NCBI GenBank assembly: GCA_030704615.1
Contig: CM060731.1
Location: forward strand, 63,426,001 to 63,490,000
Source of the DNA: Takakia lepidozioides
Lineage: Eukaryota; Plantae; Bryophyta
DNA: 64,000 nucleotides
Direction: 5' to 3'
Shown: piece by piece, positions 25,001-45,152 of the stretch
Position numbering within the stretch: the first letter of the stretch is position 1
How the letters are laid out: each line of letters begins with the position of its first letter
The notes under the pieces: generated by a model
Told to the model about the DNA's origin: nothing
What the model saw: the letters and a program-made list of their open reading frames with translations, nothing else
Database searches by the model: none
Program-made: the position numbers and the translations under genes

Positions 25001-26828
25001 GGAGAAATTGCTAAGTACAAGGCTAGGGTTGTGGCTAAGGGATACAGTCAACAGTATGGTGTTGATTATGAGCAAACATTTTCTCCAGTTGTCAAGTACG
25101 AGTCCATGCGCGTCGTGCTCTCCATTGCTGCTCAACAGGATATGCATATTGTGCAGTTTGACATCAAAACGGCTTTTCTATACGGGGAGCTAGAGGAAGA
25201 TATATACATGCTGCAGCCCAAAGGCTTTATTGCACCTGGAGAAGAAGGCAAGGTTTGTCATCTACATAAGAGCCTCTACGAGCTGAAGCAATCGTCGAGG
25301 GTATGGAACCAGAAATTTCACAACTTCCTCAATTCATATGATTTGCACCCCACAAAGGCCGATCCTTGTGTCTACTCCACTAGGCACCCACCCCTCCTCA
25401 TTACAACGCTTTTTGTTGATGATGGTTTGGGATGTTGCATACAGTCAGACAAGCTCCAAGGTATGATATCACACATGGAACGGGAATTTCAAGTTTCTAC
25501 ATCTAGTGCTGATATCTACGTGGGTCTGCACATCATGAGAGATCGTGCCCACAAGCTCTTATGGATTGATCAATCCCTCTACGTCAAGACAATTCTGAAA
25601 CGATTTGGCTTTGACCATTGCACTCCTATCGCCACTCCAGCGGACCCAAACATTCGGCTTGATGACACCTCAGATATTCTTGAGGACTCAGACCCATCTT
25701 TCCCCTATGCAGAAGCAGTTGGGAGCTTGCAATTTGCTCAAATGGGTAACCGTCCGGACATAACTTATGCAGTTAACACAGTGGCCAAGTTCTCCTCCAA
25801 ACCACGAAGGTCCCACTACCTTGCAGACAAACGGATTTTCAGATATCTGTCTGGCACTATTAAGTTGGCTTTATGCTATGATGGGAACACTGGCACAAAT
25901 CTCATACAGGCTTATGCGGATGCTGATTACGCGGGGGATGTTACATATCGCAAATCAAGAAGTGGTTGTGTCATACTTCTGAACCAAGGTCCTATCATTT
26001 GGTGTAGTCGCAAACAAGCCTGTGTTGCTAGCTCCACTACGGAGGCTGAATATATGGCTGCTAGCATGGCAACGAAGGAAGTAGTTTGGTTACGTCGTTT
26101 ACTGACCAACCTTGGATTTCATCAGCCGCAACCAACCAAACTCTTCAGCGACAATCAAAGTTCCATTCGGCTCGTGCATAATCATGAATTCCAGAGGAGG
26201 ACAAAGCATATTGACGTCCAGTACCATTTCATCATAGAGCATCAGCTTCTTGGTACCATCAATGTTCTTTACGTTGCTACTACAGAGCAACTCGCAGATT
26301 TATTCATTAAAGTGTTCCCTGCTGATCGATTTCATAAACTTTGCATGCTACTTGGCCTGGCTATCTTGCCCGCAGCGGAAGCATTGGGAGGTTGATCACT
26401 TTTTGGCATCTAGACTTGAGAGCTCGTTTTGTCTGCAGACAATACTCAGTGGGAGTGTAGAAAGTATCTAGTTACCGTGGCTAGTGTGCACTTAGGACCG
26501 TAGGATATGTACTTCAAAATACTGCAAATCGGCCCTACTCATTAGTTAGCACTCTCTCCCACGATCTCCAGTTACTCATCGCTACGATCTACACTTACTC
26601 ATAGCTAAGCACCGATATCTTCTTTTCCCTCTAGTATGCCGTTACTTAATCATTCTTCGAGGGTTGCATACTCGTTGCATATTTAGTGTCACACCCTGTA
26701 GGGTAGTTGTATCTCAATTCCATGGAGAGCGCATGAGGCTTGCTAGATCTGTGACTTAGTTATGAGTAAAGATCTTCTAGCATCTCTTGACTAACTCAAG
26801 TATGTCCTAAGTCGGTGTTTTCAATACA
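22100..26828 (+). mobile_element. Ty1/copia LTR retrotransposon, degenerate; 3' LTR present, 5' LTR and PBS not found
   Basis: gag from 22258 (KFNGENFQLWK; knuckle CNYCRTKGHWAKEC), protease WYADGGATEHMT, integrase RSDRGGEY, RT FVDDGL, RNase H DADYAGD, ending 26395. Frameshifts and a stop are present; PPT-like agtgggag precedes the LTR. Confidence 0.93.
26456..26828 (+). repeat. Putative 3' LTR of the copia element
   Basis: Begins TGTAGAAA directly after the purine tract and ends TTTCAATACA. No second copy is available to confirm the limits. Confidence 0.6.
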
Positions 26829-29800
26829 ATGCCCGGGTGGGCAAAGGGCTCCATCATGACGATATCATTGGGCCTTTTGGTGAGGACGAGCTGAATTCTA
26901 ATGGCAGACGGTTAATTAACTGTCTGCAAGAACTTCAGCTTTTGACCTTGAATAACAGGACAAGAGGTGACCAAGTGCAGTGGACTCGTGAGAAATCCCA
27001 AAATGGGGAGCGTTCCATTGTGGACTATATCATAATGGACAAAAATTTGTTTCCCCAGTGTGCCAATGTGTTGATCGACAGAACTGATATTGGTACCTCT
27101 GACCACTTCCTGGTTTGGACTGAGATCAAAAGGTGGTTTCCCACCACCAAGAGATCTGTGAAACGTTCGATTCGGAAGTGGCGCATAGAAAAATTCCATA
27201 ACGAGGAGGTCAAGGCTGAGTACGTCCAGGCCTTGCAAGAGGCTCTCCCTCACTTTGTCCAATCGCTCCAAGAACTTCAGTCTCGCTCTGACAACGCAAG
27301 AAATGAAGTCGAAAGAGCAGTGGACTCTTGGGAGAGTTTCGTTTCCTCCGTGGCTGACAAGATCATTGGGAGGAAACAAATTGTCTGCGGTAGAGCTGTT
27401 AAATGGTGGACCAATGAGATCAAACTCAAGATAGTTGAGAGACGAGCCCTCTATAAAGAGTGCTGCAATTTGAAAACCAGCAGAGAATTGTGGGTGAGGT
27501 ACTACCAGCTTCGTAAAGATATCAATCAGCTTGTTAGGTCTCAGAAGAAATTATACTGGATGAGTTATACAGTGAAATAAACTCAAACCACCATGGTGGT
27601 AATGACAAGAAATTCTGGTTGGCCCTTCAACGTTTGTACAAGCCTAAAAACGGTCAGCAAGTACAAGCGCTGAAGACTACTAAAGGTGCAGTGGTGACTT
27701 CATCGGTTGACATTGTCAAAACCTTTGAAAATCACTACAGTATCCTTGGCAGAACTTCTAGGTCTAACAGTGAGGGGTCTTCTGCTGAATGGAGGGACAC
27801 AGTTGGAAAAACTGTTCCTATGATTCAAAACAGCCCTGATGAACTGGAGTATATTTCAATGGCTTATAACGCTCCCATTAGTTCTTCTGAGATTGTGGAA
27901 GCAATTGAACATTTAAATGGATATAAAGCTGGTGGACCTGATGGTATTGTCAACGAGCTTATCAAGCACGGTGGCGATCCCATGGTAGAGGCCCTAGTTC
28001 TCCTCGTTAACCTTATCTGGAAGACTGAAATGATCCCCTTTCGCTGGCGACAGGGGGTCATTGTCAATCTATACAAGAAGGGTGACAGAGAAGAACCGGG
28101 GAACTACCGTGGCATCACGCTCCTCAATGCTGTTGGCAAGACATTCTGCAGAGTTATAAGTACTCGTCTCGAGGTTGATCTGGAGTCTAGAGGTTGTTTC
28201 CACGAAGGCCAAGCTGGCTTTCGGCGAAACAGGGGCTGTGTGGATCATATCTTCACTCTAAGCCAGATTATTCAGGGAAGGAAAAAAGAAGGGAAACCCA
28301 CTTATGTTTTTTTCCTGGATGTCAAAAAGGCTTATGACACAGTGTGGAGAGATGGCCTATGGTTCCGCCTCTGGTCTTGTGGGATCAAGGGAAAGATGTG
28401 GAGAGTTGTCCACAACTTGTATGCTCACACCAAAAGCTGTGTCACTGTTAACGGACAGCATCAATCAACTCCTCGAGGATGTGGAAAGTGAGGGATTTGG
28501 GTTAAGGGTGGGTGATACCACCATACCAGCCCTTATGTTTGCGGATGACTTCGCAGGCATAGGGGAGACTCCAACCAATCTCCAGGAGTTGATTGATTGC
28601 GCGAAGAGATACTTTGATCTTTGGGGGCTAGAGGCTAATGTCAGCAAATGTGCAGTGGTAGCATTCAACGACAGAGGAGAGGGAGGAAGTGATCTTAAGT
28701 GGCAGTGGGGTAGCCAAGAGATCCCGGCCCTCCCTTCCTACACTTACCTGGGCGTTGAGTTTTCCTCCAATTGTAATTGGGATGCACATATCCGGAAAGT
28801 TGTTCAAACTGGCAAGGGCAAAGCTCTGGGGCTCACTAAATTTTTCCACTGCAGAGGGGTCAACTCTGAGGTTAAGAAAACCATGCTTTGTCGCGTTATT
28901 AGACCTGCCTTGGAGTACGGATCTGCTATATGGGTTGATAACTCCAACCAGGCTAAGTCTCTAGAATCCTGTCAAGTGGGGGTGCTTAAGGAGTGTATGT
29001 CAGCATGCTCCAAAACAGCCAATGTGGCTGTTCGGGGTGAGTTTGGCATTCCATCCTTAAGCTCCCGACGAGATGAATTCAAGGTCAGATGGTGGGGTCA
29101 GCTGCAACATATGCCCAACACCAGATATCCTAAGTCAATCGACTCTATTCTTGGAAACAGGACCGCCCTGTCAAACAGGCTAAGTCCTGTAAGAAGAGAG
29201 TAGAAGAGATTCTCAAGGACCTGGACCTGGATCCGCAAGTCTTGACCCTGCTGGATAAATCTGACTTAGAGGCTGTAGTGTCCGAAGCCATGTCTGTTGC
29301 CATGAGATTGTCTGATGAAAATGAAGTTAGGCAGAAAACTTCCCTGAACTTGTTTCCAGTCAGTGACATGGGGGAGGACATCTTGGATGACCTCAAGGGT
29401 CTACCCACTCTCGGCACTAGACTGAAATTTAAACTCAGGGCAGGAAGCCTACCTTTGAACAGCAAACAGAAGCAGAGAGGAAAGGGAGAGTGCAATTGCC
29501 CGTTGTGTGGGCAATCTGAAGACAATATTCATTTTCTGATACACTGTCCGGGGTTCTCTCACCAAAGAGACGCTCTCTTCAACTCTATCAAGGGAATTGT
29601 GCCTGTACCCCTGTTTACCAACTTTGAAAGTCTCGAGGCTGAGCCAAAAGCCCAGGCCCTCCTGAGGCCTAGATTTTGGGCAAATCACACACAGCAGATT
29701 GATGCTTGTGTGAAGGGATTTCTAGAGGATATCTGGAAAACCCGGATTAATTCTTTATATGAAGGTAAGTCTTACTACCAACGTCAGCCCCTGACTTCTG

Positions 29801-29886
29801 TTCCTTTTGTTCCCGCTCAAACTGGGCGCGGGGTCAATGGCCACAAGGCTACGGCAAACAACGTCTTATGAGTACAATCTCTCTCC
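26829..29886 (+). mobile_element. Non-LTR retrotransposon (partial APE endonuclease, RT, CCHC finger; RTE/RTEX-like), young TC-associated family, 5' part missing, frameshifted
   Basis: NARVG, DYI, SDH (endonuclease); YRGITLLN, QAGFR, FLDVKKAYDTV, MFADD, YLG (RT); CPLC...HFLIHC. Stop at 29871 is followed by gtacaatctctctc. A ~70-bp deletion at 28458 removes the GVAQG motif. Confidence 0.93.
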
Positions 29887-29898
29887 AGCACCTTGGTG

Positions 29899-30150
29899 TT
29901 GTAACTGGGATGCTCATATACGAAAAGTGGTTCAAACAGCTAAACACAAAGCTTTGGGTCTCATTCAAATTTTCCAATGCAGAGGATAAAATACTGAAGT
30001 TAAAAAGACCATGCTTTGCAACGTTATGATGCCTAGACTTGGAGTACACATCTGAGGGCAACTTCAGCCATGTTAAATCCATTCAGCTTTTGGTGCTCAA
30101 AGAGAGCTTGTCAGTGTGCTCTAGAACAGCTAACGTGGCTGTTCGGAGTT
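29899..30150 (+). mobile_element. Older internal fragment of the same LINE family directly downstream of the young copy
   Basis: CNWDAHIRKVVQTAKHKALGL... is a diverged repeat of 28772-29040. Confidence 0.75.
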
Positions 30151-30949
30151 TGGCGTGACTCTAGACGTCATTTAAGACTTTATGGTCGGTTGAATTGCAT
30201 GCAGAAGCATTGGAGCCAAACTGCACCATGTGTACTGCAAGCTGCAATCAATACATGAATTTAAACATTATACACAGGTCTCATACTTACCTCCATATTC
30301 AAGTTGCTGGAATTGGGGATATAAACAGTTTGTGTGTCCATCAAATGTGCAACAACTTCACAATACAACCATGAGAAACCCAGGGCTACAAATTATGGAC
30401 TAGGGTGGCCATTCTGGAGTAGAGAGGAAGCCTCTTACCACGGCTCAGTGAAGAGACTCCATATACACCATTAACACTGCATCCATACATTCCTATCAAG
30501 ACTTGGTACAATCACAGCGTGAATTCAAAGACTAGCTTTGCAGCATTTAGCATATAAACAACTAGACTTCCAGGAGGTTATAGTCATCATGCTGGTTATC
30601 AGTGATGTGAGTCGTGACAACCCTCTGACAAGGAAACTAACAAAATTTCTTAGAACTCTCAGTGAGAAGCTTTACTTCACATGCAAGGAAGATCCATCAA
30701 CTCCAACTACGCAGTTGTTGTATTGAGTCAACTGGTGTACAGTGAAATGAGTTCTATATTGTACCCCTACTTAGGACAGTTTGGGAAACCCACCAAAGTG
30801 ACAGTCATATAACATTCACAGCATGCGTAGGGTCTACTTCATGAGATCTAGCTACAGACATCTAAACCTACAAATGGCAGCAAGTTATACAACTCAAATC
30901 TTCCTTGAACATGATCAGAAAGCTGTACATATGAATATATATGTTCATG

Positions 30950-32139
30950 TCAAGGAGCAGCAGTCAAACTCGGTGCAAAATTTGCGTTGGGAAGGTACCG
31001 GAGCTTGAGCCACTGAGATGGATCAGAGACGGCAATATTATGTATGATATGCTGTTTCCCTTGAGTATCATTCTTGACGTTGTACCACAAGAGAGTCTCT
31101 CCACAAGTCACCCAAATACACTCATCTCTTGCTGAGCATTGCCAGTTGATTTCGAAAGCTTCTCGGGCAACGACATCCGTCTTACCGACATCATGCGATA
31201 ACTGGGTTACCGGAAAAGGGTTACGACTGCCTCCTTGCAGCTGAATCGGGGTGATGCAAAAGTTCACGATCACATGTGAAATGTCATGCCTTAGGCTCGC
31301 CCATGAAAATTCGATAAGGTAGAGAGTATCCATGCACGCCACAAGCCATGGCTTGCTCATATCTTTACAATAACTCTTGAGCTTGGATCTTACAAGAAAG
31401 ATAAATGACACTCCTTTTTCGATGTCGAATGCGTTCAACGTCATTAAGTCTCGTCGACCGTGACTTAGCTGCTGGAAATAATAGAAGCTCCCATTGCATA
31501 CCACACAATCAAGCGGTGCGCCTAGCTCATGTGGAAATTTATGCACCATCCAAGTTTGTGTTTTAGAATAGAAAACTTGGAGGAAACTCGGGCCCAAGAC
31601 AAAAAAATTGTATGTACCAGACAGGTGATCAACATACATGGTTGCAGGGCCTCTTTCATCCACCACTTGATCAGGCAACTGCTTCCAACTCCTGGTCAGT
31701 GGATTACAAACATACAATTGCTGGGTTTCCTGGTCAATGCCTTGACTACATAATATTAGGCCCCCAGCTGCATTAAGAACGGTACTCTTCACTCCATTCG
31801 GAAGGAATGGCAAAGGAGACAGAACTATTTGCCATTTCTTTGATGCGTGATGCATTCCCCAACCCACTTCACTCTCACCAGGAGAGATCGCTCCGTGCTG
31901 TAGACCAAAACAAAGGGGAAAGAACCAATCTGTCACCGCCCACCTTCACACGCATTTGAAGAAAGGAAGGTTTCACGAGGTCAAAGCGACTCCATGTAGT
32001 GCACACAGCTTGGGATGTAAGAAGATCGCGCACCGGGAGATGAGCAAGCACAATCTCTACAATCTCTTCAGGTAGACGCCTGAAATCTCCGTCTTCACCT
32101 TCCGTTTGCTCTCTTTGCAACTTGCCGACTCTTGCCCAT
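30950..32139 (-). pseudogene. Intronless F-box / kelch-like propeller gene with apparent frameshifts
   Basis: F-box LPEEIVEIVLAHLPVRDLLTSQAVCTTW (ORF 31875-32120) is in a different frame from GGLILC..LYVCNPLTRSWKQLP (ORF 30950-31936). The nearest ATG (32139) is out of frame with the F-box. Confidence 0.75.
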
Positions 32140-32201
32140 TTGTAACTAGGATTCTTTAAGTTGAAAAAGGCTCTCTAGAGAGACTTGTAATTAGCAGTTT
32201 T

Positions 32202-32430
32202 CCACTCAAGGGAGATGAAAAGGACACGAGTGTATGCAGGTGAGCGAGGCAACCTGAGATATATAGTGCGCAGTGAACTCTCGCCGAGACTGCAAGAAGG
32301 CAGCCGTCTCTTGTTCCGAGACAGCAAACCACTCAAGGGAGATTAAAGATACATGAGTGTGTGCAGCCAGGCAACTGGAGATATATAGTGCAGTGATCTC
32401 GCCGAGACTGCAAGGAAGGCGGCCGACTCG
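32202..32430. repeat. Diverged ~125-bp tandem duplication upstream of the F-box gene
   Basis: ccactcaagggagat...gagatatatagtgc...cgccgagactgcaag occurs twice, each copy with a TATATA. Confidence 0.8.
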
Positions 32431-33032
32431 ATAGCAAAAGCGAAAACAAAGATAGCAAAAAAGAAAACAAAAGCGTAGAAAGGTAGAAACGAGAACCCTT
32501 GAAAACTTTTCCTAGTTTTTCTTTTTCTTTTTCTTTTTCCCCCCTAGTGCTATATTCATGGGGTAGAAAATTAAAAGGAAAAGAAAGAAAAAAGGTTTTT
32601 CTTTTTCTTCTTTTTTTCCTAGTAATTTTCTTTTAACCTAGGAAAGGCTATTTTGTACCAATGCAGTGTCAGCCTCTTATGCATCTGAAAATGAAATTGA
32701 CTCCAAATGACATCAACCCCTTACCTTGCAGTGAAGAAAAGCTGAAGCCTTGCTGGTTTACTGATGAATATGAATGGCCACCAGGAGAGCAGGTCCCAGT
32801 ACAAAAGGATGCAGGCCTCTCCTTGACTCGTCATTGTGCCAAAAGAGCCAGTTTCACTGGACAACTAAAGGTTGCAATAGATACCTTCAGACAGTCAATA
32901 AAGGCGAGCTATATGAACAACGACTCTCCTACAATCCCTACTGCTTGTAAAGTATGGTTCTGTCAGAGAACTAAGCCTACACTGCCTTTATTGATGTGCA
33001 TAAAAGATAATATCAGATGCATATGAGACAAA

Positions 33033-40074
<7,042 letters not shown>

Positions 40075-42382
40075 AACTTCTGAAAGCAAACCGAGTCTCA
40101 GAGCCTGCCACAAATCTGCGGCCACACAAGCAAAGGCAGACAGATAAGACACTAGACCTGGGGTTGGAAAACGAGAGAGACGATACCGAGGACCGCGACG
40201 AATAGATGAATGCGAGATGAACAATGAGCAGATGAACTACCGCTTAGGACGATCATCCATACGAATTGTTCATCCATTTTCCCAGTCTCATCCGTTACCC
40301 ATATTCAGAATGCTATTTCATGGATGAAAATTAAATGATCTTTATGTACGAAATCAGTTCACGATTTCATCTATGATCTATGGTCTGACTCTAATTAATC
40401 AGTAACCATCATTCTCGTACAAATAATGCATACCTGACAAAACAGGCTTTGCCTTTTTCTTTTTTCTTTTTTTTTTGAGAAATGGGACTGAGGCCCTGCT
40501 CGAGGCCCTGCTTTGCCTTCGGACTCTGAATACCCATAACTATGGTCATCTTGTTTGTTTTTTTTTTTTTAATATTAAATTATAATGGGGTATTTTTCTT
40601 TTTTTAACTGGGGCAGATGCCCGACTGCAACTTTTTTTTTTTTAAGAAAAAGGTTGTGAGCTGTCGCTCCCAGGTGTGTTTCCATTCTTAAAAAAAAAAG
40701 AAAAAAAAAAGGGATGAAGCCCTTTAATCCATACTAAAGAGATGTCCTGGAAAGAATAACCAGGACAGGAGACCATAAGGCCTACACCTATGGATAGATC
40801 GGGTACTGCGACTTTATTTGGAATTACTAGGAATTTTAGTCCTTTTTTAAAAGAGAAAAGTCATTTATAAATTAATTATCTAGTAGCCTAAAAATAAAAA
40901 TAAAAGTAGCCTAGGTGAGGTGAGGTGAGGTGGAAGGGGTACAAAGGCCCTACATCAAAATTATTGTGACAAAGACTGAGCTCTAGACTTGTGGATCATC
41001 CACTAGAACCCTGGTTCTCTCAATCGGGTCCACATTTGCAGCTAATCACTACTATGGTTAATCGTAATTTACTGTTCTGATACTGGTTTTACAACAACTC
41101 TAAGTTGTGCTAGTGACAGATTTAAGGGTAAGAAATTAGAGCCGCTTCTGCATTGGGAAGCACCACAAAAAATGTGGATGTGTGAAGCGTTGCTGAAGTT
41201 AATACAAGTCTTATGATATGCCATAGTCGGATGATATGGTCTACTTTGTTCCGTTGGATGTCAATTTCTTGACTCGATGTGATCACAGGGGTTCAACATG
41301 TGGCCAAATTTCCAATTGCAGAGGGTGCATTTCTGGCTATCCACAAGGACTCGATCTTCCAGACTGATGAGGCAGGAGTAAAGATGTTGTCATTAGAGGT
41401 ACCTTTTTTTGCAATTCTGGCCGGCCTCACTAAATGTGCTTTGGCGAGGCCCAAATACGGCGGCCCGACAAAATGCTGCCAAATATAGGCGGCCAAGCTC
41501 TATAGCCACATGTACATTTTGGTGGCAAAACCGGTGTCGCTCGTTGTGCCACTCGCATTTTTATGGCAAAACAAACATCGTCGCCAAAAGCGAGGACGGT
41601 AGCCAAGGCTGTCGTAGCGCCGGGAAGCGCTACGAACCCTATCCCAACCGCCGCAACCACCTCGCTACGGCGAAACTGGCGTGCTGATTGGAGAAGTCCG
41701 TGGAATCGTCCTCCGGATGGGCAGGGTTGGTATGGTTGGATTCCGAGGGGCAGGCCACTTGGCAGGCCTATACGTAGAAGCTAGCTTCTAGGGCAGCAGT
41801 TATGTGTGAAACCCTTGGGATAGGGTTTGCGATTCATTTGGTTGCACCTAATACTTTGATAATGCGTGGCAGTGCAGGCCCCACCGTCCTTGAGCAGGCA
41901 CCAGCCTCATTAAGTAGAGCCAGGGAGAGGCTGAGAGACTGACGAGTGCTTGGGAAAAGGCAGCATGAAGTGTGAATCAACAAGAGGTTTGAGAGGGCCA
42001 GAGAATTATGGCATTTTAGTAGCTCTGGATGCTGCTCAAACAAGGGGAGGTGGGACGGACTTGTGCTTGCTTGTAGGAAGGACAGGGAGAAGAGGAGGGC
42101 AGATACGACAGATTCAAGGAAGTGAGCTGAGAAATGAGCCAAGGTGTGTGTGTGTGTGAGACAGGAGAGAGAGAAAGAAGAAACTAGAAAGTAGATTACG
42201 TCCGAAGAGCAGCATTAAGGGGCCCAGTTGTGGATTGCCAATACAGTTAAAATACTGGCATCCTTCAGAGAAAGGGAGAAAAGAGGGCTCAGATAAAAGG
42301 TAGTGTATTTTTGGGGGTGCGGGGAGGACGATAGAAAGAGATTGCCAAATCTGAAAGGGAAGGAAATTCCAGAGAGAGAGAG

Positions 42383-42456
42383 AATGTACTGATAAGACGT
42401 TGTTTGTTTGCCGTAGCCTTGTGGCCATTGACCCACGCGCAGAGTTTGAACGGAAC
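42383..42456 (-). mobile_element. ~74-bp LINE 3' tip inserted in a (GA)n run in the 5' region of CRAL-TRIO gene 1
   Basis: aatgtactgataagacgttg...gtagccttgtggccattgaccc flanked on both sides by tccagagagagagag (42368-42382 and 42457-42471). Confidence 0.88.
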
Positions 42457-42484
42457 TCCAGAGAGAGAGAGAGAGAGAGGGGCT

Positions 42485-45152
42485 ATGGATGGCTCTAATG
42501 GAGTGGAAACGAAGGTGGTTGAGAGCTCATTTAAGGACAAGGAAGATCGCGGAGTGTGGAAGACATTATGCCGCTCGATCTCGGTTATATCTAGCAATGG
42601 GCACTCAGGGATAGCTGCGGCCAGGATGAAGCAACGCTCTGTGACCCTCGGAGGCCTACGCGTTGAGCGGGTACCGGAAGATAATGAAGAGACTCTGCTG
42701 GATAGGATGCGAGCATCTGTGATTGAGCTCGACCCTCTTTCCAAGGCAACCCTTTCTTACCCTCACGCAAGGCTCACTGGGTGCGGAGGACCTTGCATTT
42801 CACTGCAACATAGCTTAGGCCGAGTATTGCCAGCTGGAAAGTTAGCAACTTAAGATTGCAGTTGTACTTGACGGGGTGGGAGAAAGACAGTCAGACAGAC
42901 AGTTTACAACCCAGTCATTCTATTGAGGTCTACACATTCAATTTAAGCATAGAACGTGAGCAACAGATGCAGAATGTTTGTGAGCAAGCTCATTGCTTAA
43001 GCAGTCGCCACCTCGCTATCTTTTTTGATACACGGCGTTTTACACTTGTTGTCACCATTGAATGCAGGACATAGATGATGCAACACTCAAGAGATTTTTG
43101 CAAGCCCGCTCATGGAAGGTTGACAAGGCCTCTAATATGTGTGTGGCTCATCAAAGGTGGCGGCGCTCATATGTACCTCTGGGTTATATTCCTGAAGAGC
43201 AAGTTATGAGTGAACTGCAATGCCAGAAATTATTCATGGCAGGCCGTGACAAGAAGGGCCGGCCGGTACCTGTGGCCATTGGGGCCAAGCACGATTCTTA
43301 CGGTCGGGACCTCGAGGAATTCAAACGTCTGTCTTCTGCACATTCTTCTGTGCCTTTCTGCTGCTGAAGTTTTCTGTAGATCCTCCATGAGTTTTACAAG
43401 TGAGTTTTTCCCTGCAGGTGTGCATTCCTACACGATACGAGCCGGTAGTGCGCACCTGCTATAGCCTATTTTCATCTTGAAATCCTCTTCAATACGATAT
43501 ATAGAGATTTATGCTAGTGAAGATCATAACGCAGGTTATGCTAGAAAAAGTGTTTGTTGCTTCTCAGGGTCCTAGTTGACAAATATCTGTACCAAGCAGA
43601 CCAACGAGCAATTGTCTCACAGAAAATAGTGACCATCAGAAAGCTCCTGATATTGGACAGTCATTCAGAAACATACAATGGAGTTAAGACTGATCCACCA
43701 AGTTCAGAACAAAGCAGTAGAGGTAGGATTGATTTCCATTGCGCTCAGTGACTGACTATTCAAAATCAGGGCTTACCCTAGACTTACGACACGTCTAGTA
43801 AACTAACACACCTGTAAGTTTTTGCCAGTGTTGAGGAGTAATTAGTGAAGACCGATGCTCACAGCCAGGATTTGAAGGGAAGCTTGGGTAATATGCTTCT
43901 TATTTATAAGACATTCTGGCAGAATCCTGCTGACAAGTATGGAGAGGGAAGTGTTGTGCTCCAGCAACTTCGATCATTCTGAATGTGTGGCTTGTCTGGC
44001 AGGTTTTACAGTGCATGTCTTTGACAAAATAATAGCCAGGTAGCCTCTCAAAGTTATTTACACATTCAGGGGTTTACTTGGCTCATGTCCTTGTCAAATG
44101 CTCTGTATCTGACCGACATATTGCAGGAGGCATTACGCATCTGTCAGCTTGATGTGACATTAGGTTTTAAACAGCTTTGATAATTTGGACCTGGCATGTA
44201 CATGAGCAGCATGCCTTTGGGAGAGGAGAAGTTTACCATCATCATGGACTTGCAAGGCGTAGGCTATCGCAACCTTGATCCCCGTGGCATGAGTACAGTG
44301 TTTGAGTCCTTGCAGGTATGTGTTTCAGCTAATTTGATTCAGAAGTCCTCCGCTTGACATACAGAGGAATCTGATGCTCATCTTCTATTGAAGATTACTG
44401 ACTATGTTCTCCTCTACACAAGTGTTATTCTCAGTATTGTTCAATCTCTCATTGCCAGGAGACATAGGACAATGTACCTGCTCTATTGATTCTGTAACTT
44501 GATCTAGCATGGTGGGGAAAGGGTTCAAAGGTGGCACAAACTCTTGAGTTGCTATTCCATGATTTTGTTCCCCTTCCCTGTCCTAATTGTTCCCCTATCA
44601 CCTTCTATTAGAACTTTCTAGACTATCTAAAGGAATGCGGTCCGTTGTTTGACGGGAATCTTGTTGAATCCCAATGAATGGGTCTGGGCTGGGGACAGGC
44701 ATACTACCCAGAGCGGCTAGGCACAGCTTTTCTTGTTCACATACCCCTTGTGTTCTGGGGGATATGGCGGATGATGTCTCCATTTATTGACAATGCTACC
44801 AAAGAAAAGGTATTTTGAAGAGTTTTCAACTTTGAATGCATCTTTCAAATGTTCAGTCATTTTGAGTTGTTCATACTGATCCAAAAACTTTCTGGCTTAG
44901 CTCCACAAGAGAAATTTTGGACTTTGAGTGAATATACCACAAGTTCATTATGGGATTTTGTCAACCTGACAGATGGTATTCGTAGAAGACAAGGTACTCC
45001 AGGCAACATTGTTGGGGGCCATAGACAATGAGCAGCTGCCAGAAATATATGGGGGCAAGGGGGCATTGGTGCCCTTTGAAGACTTCTCAATACCAAATTG
45101 GCCTCCCAAGTCGGCAGCAGTGGATTCTGTTTTAAAAGAGACTTCAAAGTGA
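42485..45152 (+). CDS. CRAL-TRIO / Sec14-like lipid-binding protein, paralog 1
   Basis: Exons 42485-42745 (GC donor), 43068-43326, 44003-44039, 44210-44315, 44699-44809 and 44973-45152. Motifs DDATLKRFLQAR, GRDKKGRPV, YYPERLG, LPEIYGG. Confidence 0.88.

Noticed and set aside
32440-32650. MITE with cttttcctag/ctaggaaagg ends
   Set aside because: Low-complexity A/T tracts make inverted matches expected, and no clear TSD is present.
41047-41115. Mini CACTA element (cacta...tagtg)
   Set aside because: Only a 5-bp inverted match, and the flanking 3-mers differ.
41835-41905. U1 snRNA-like segment
   Set aside because: Only a few short words resemble U1; the 5' ATACTTACCTG and an intact Sm site are missing.
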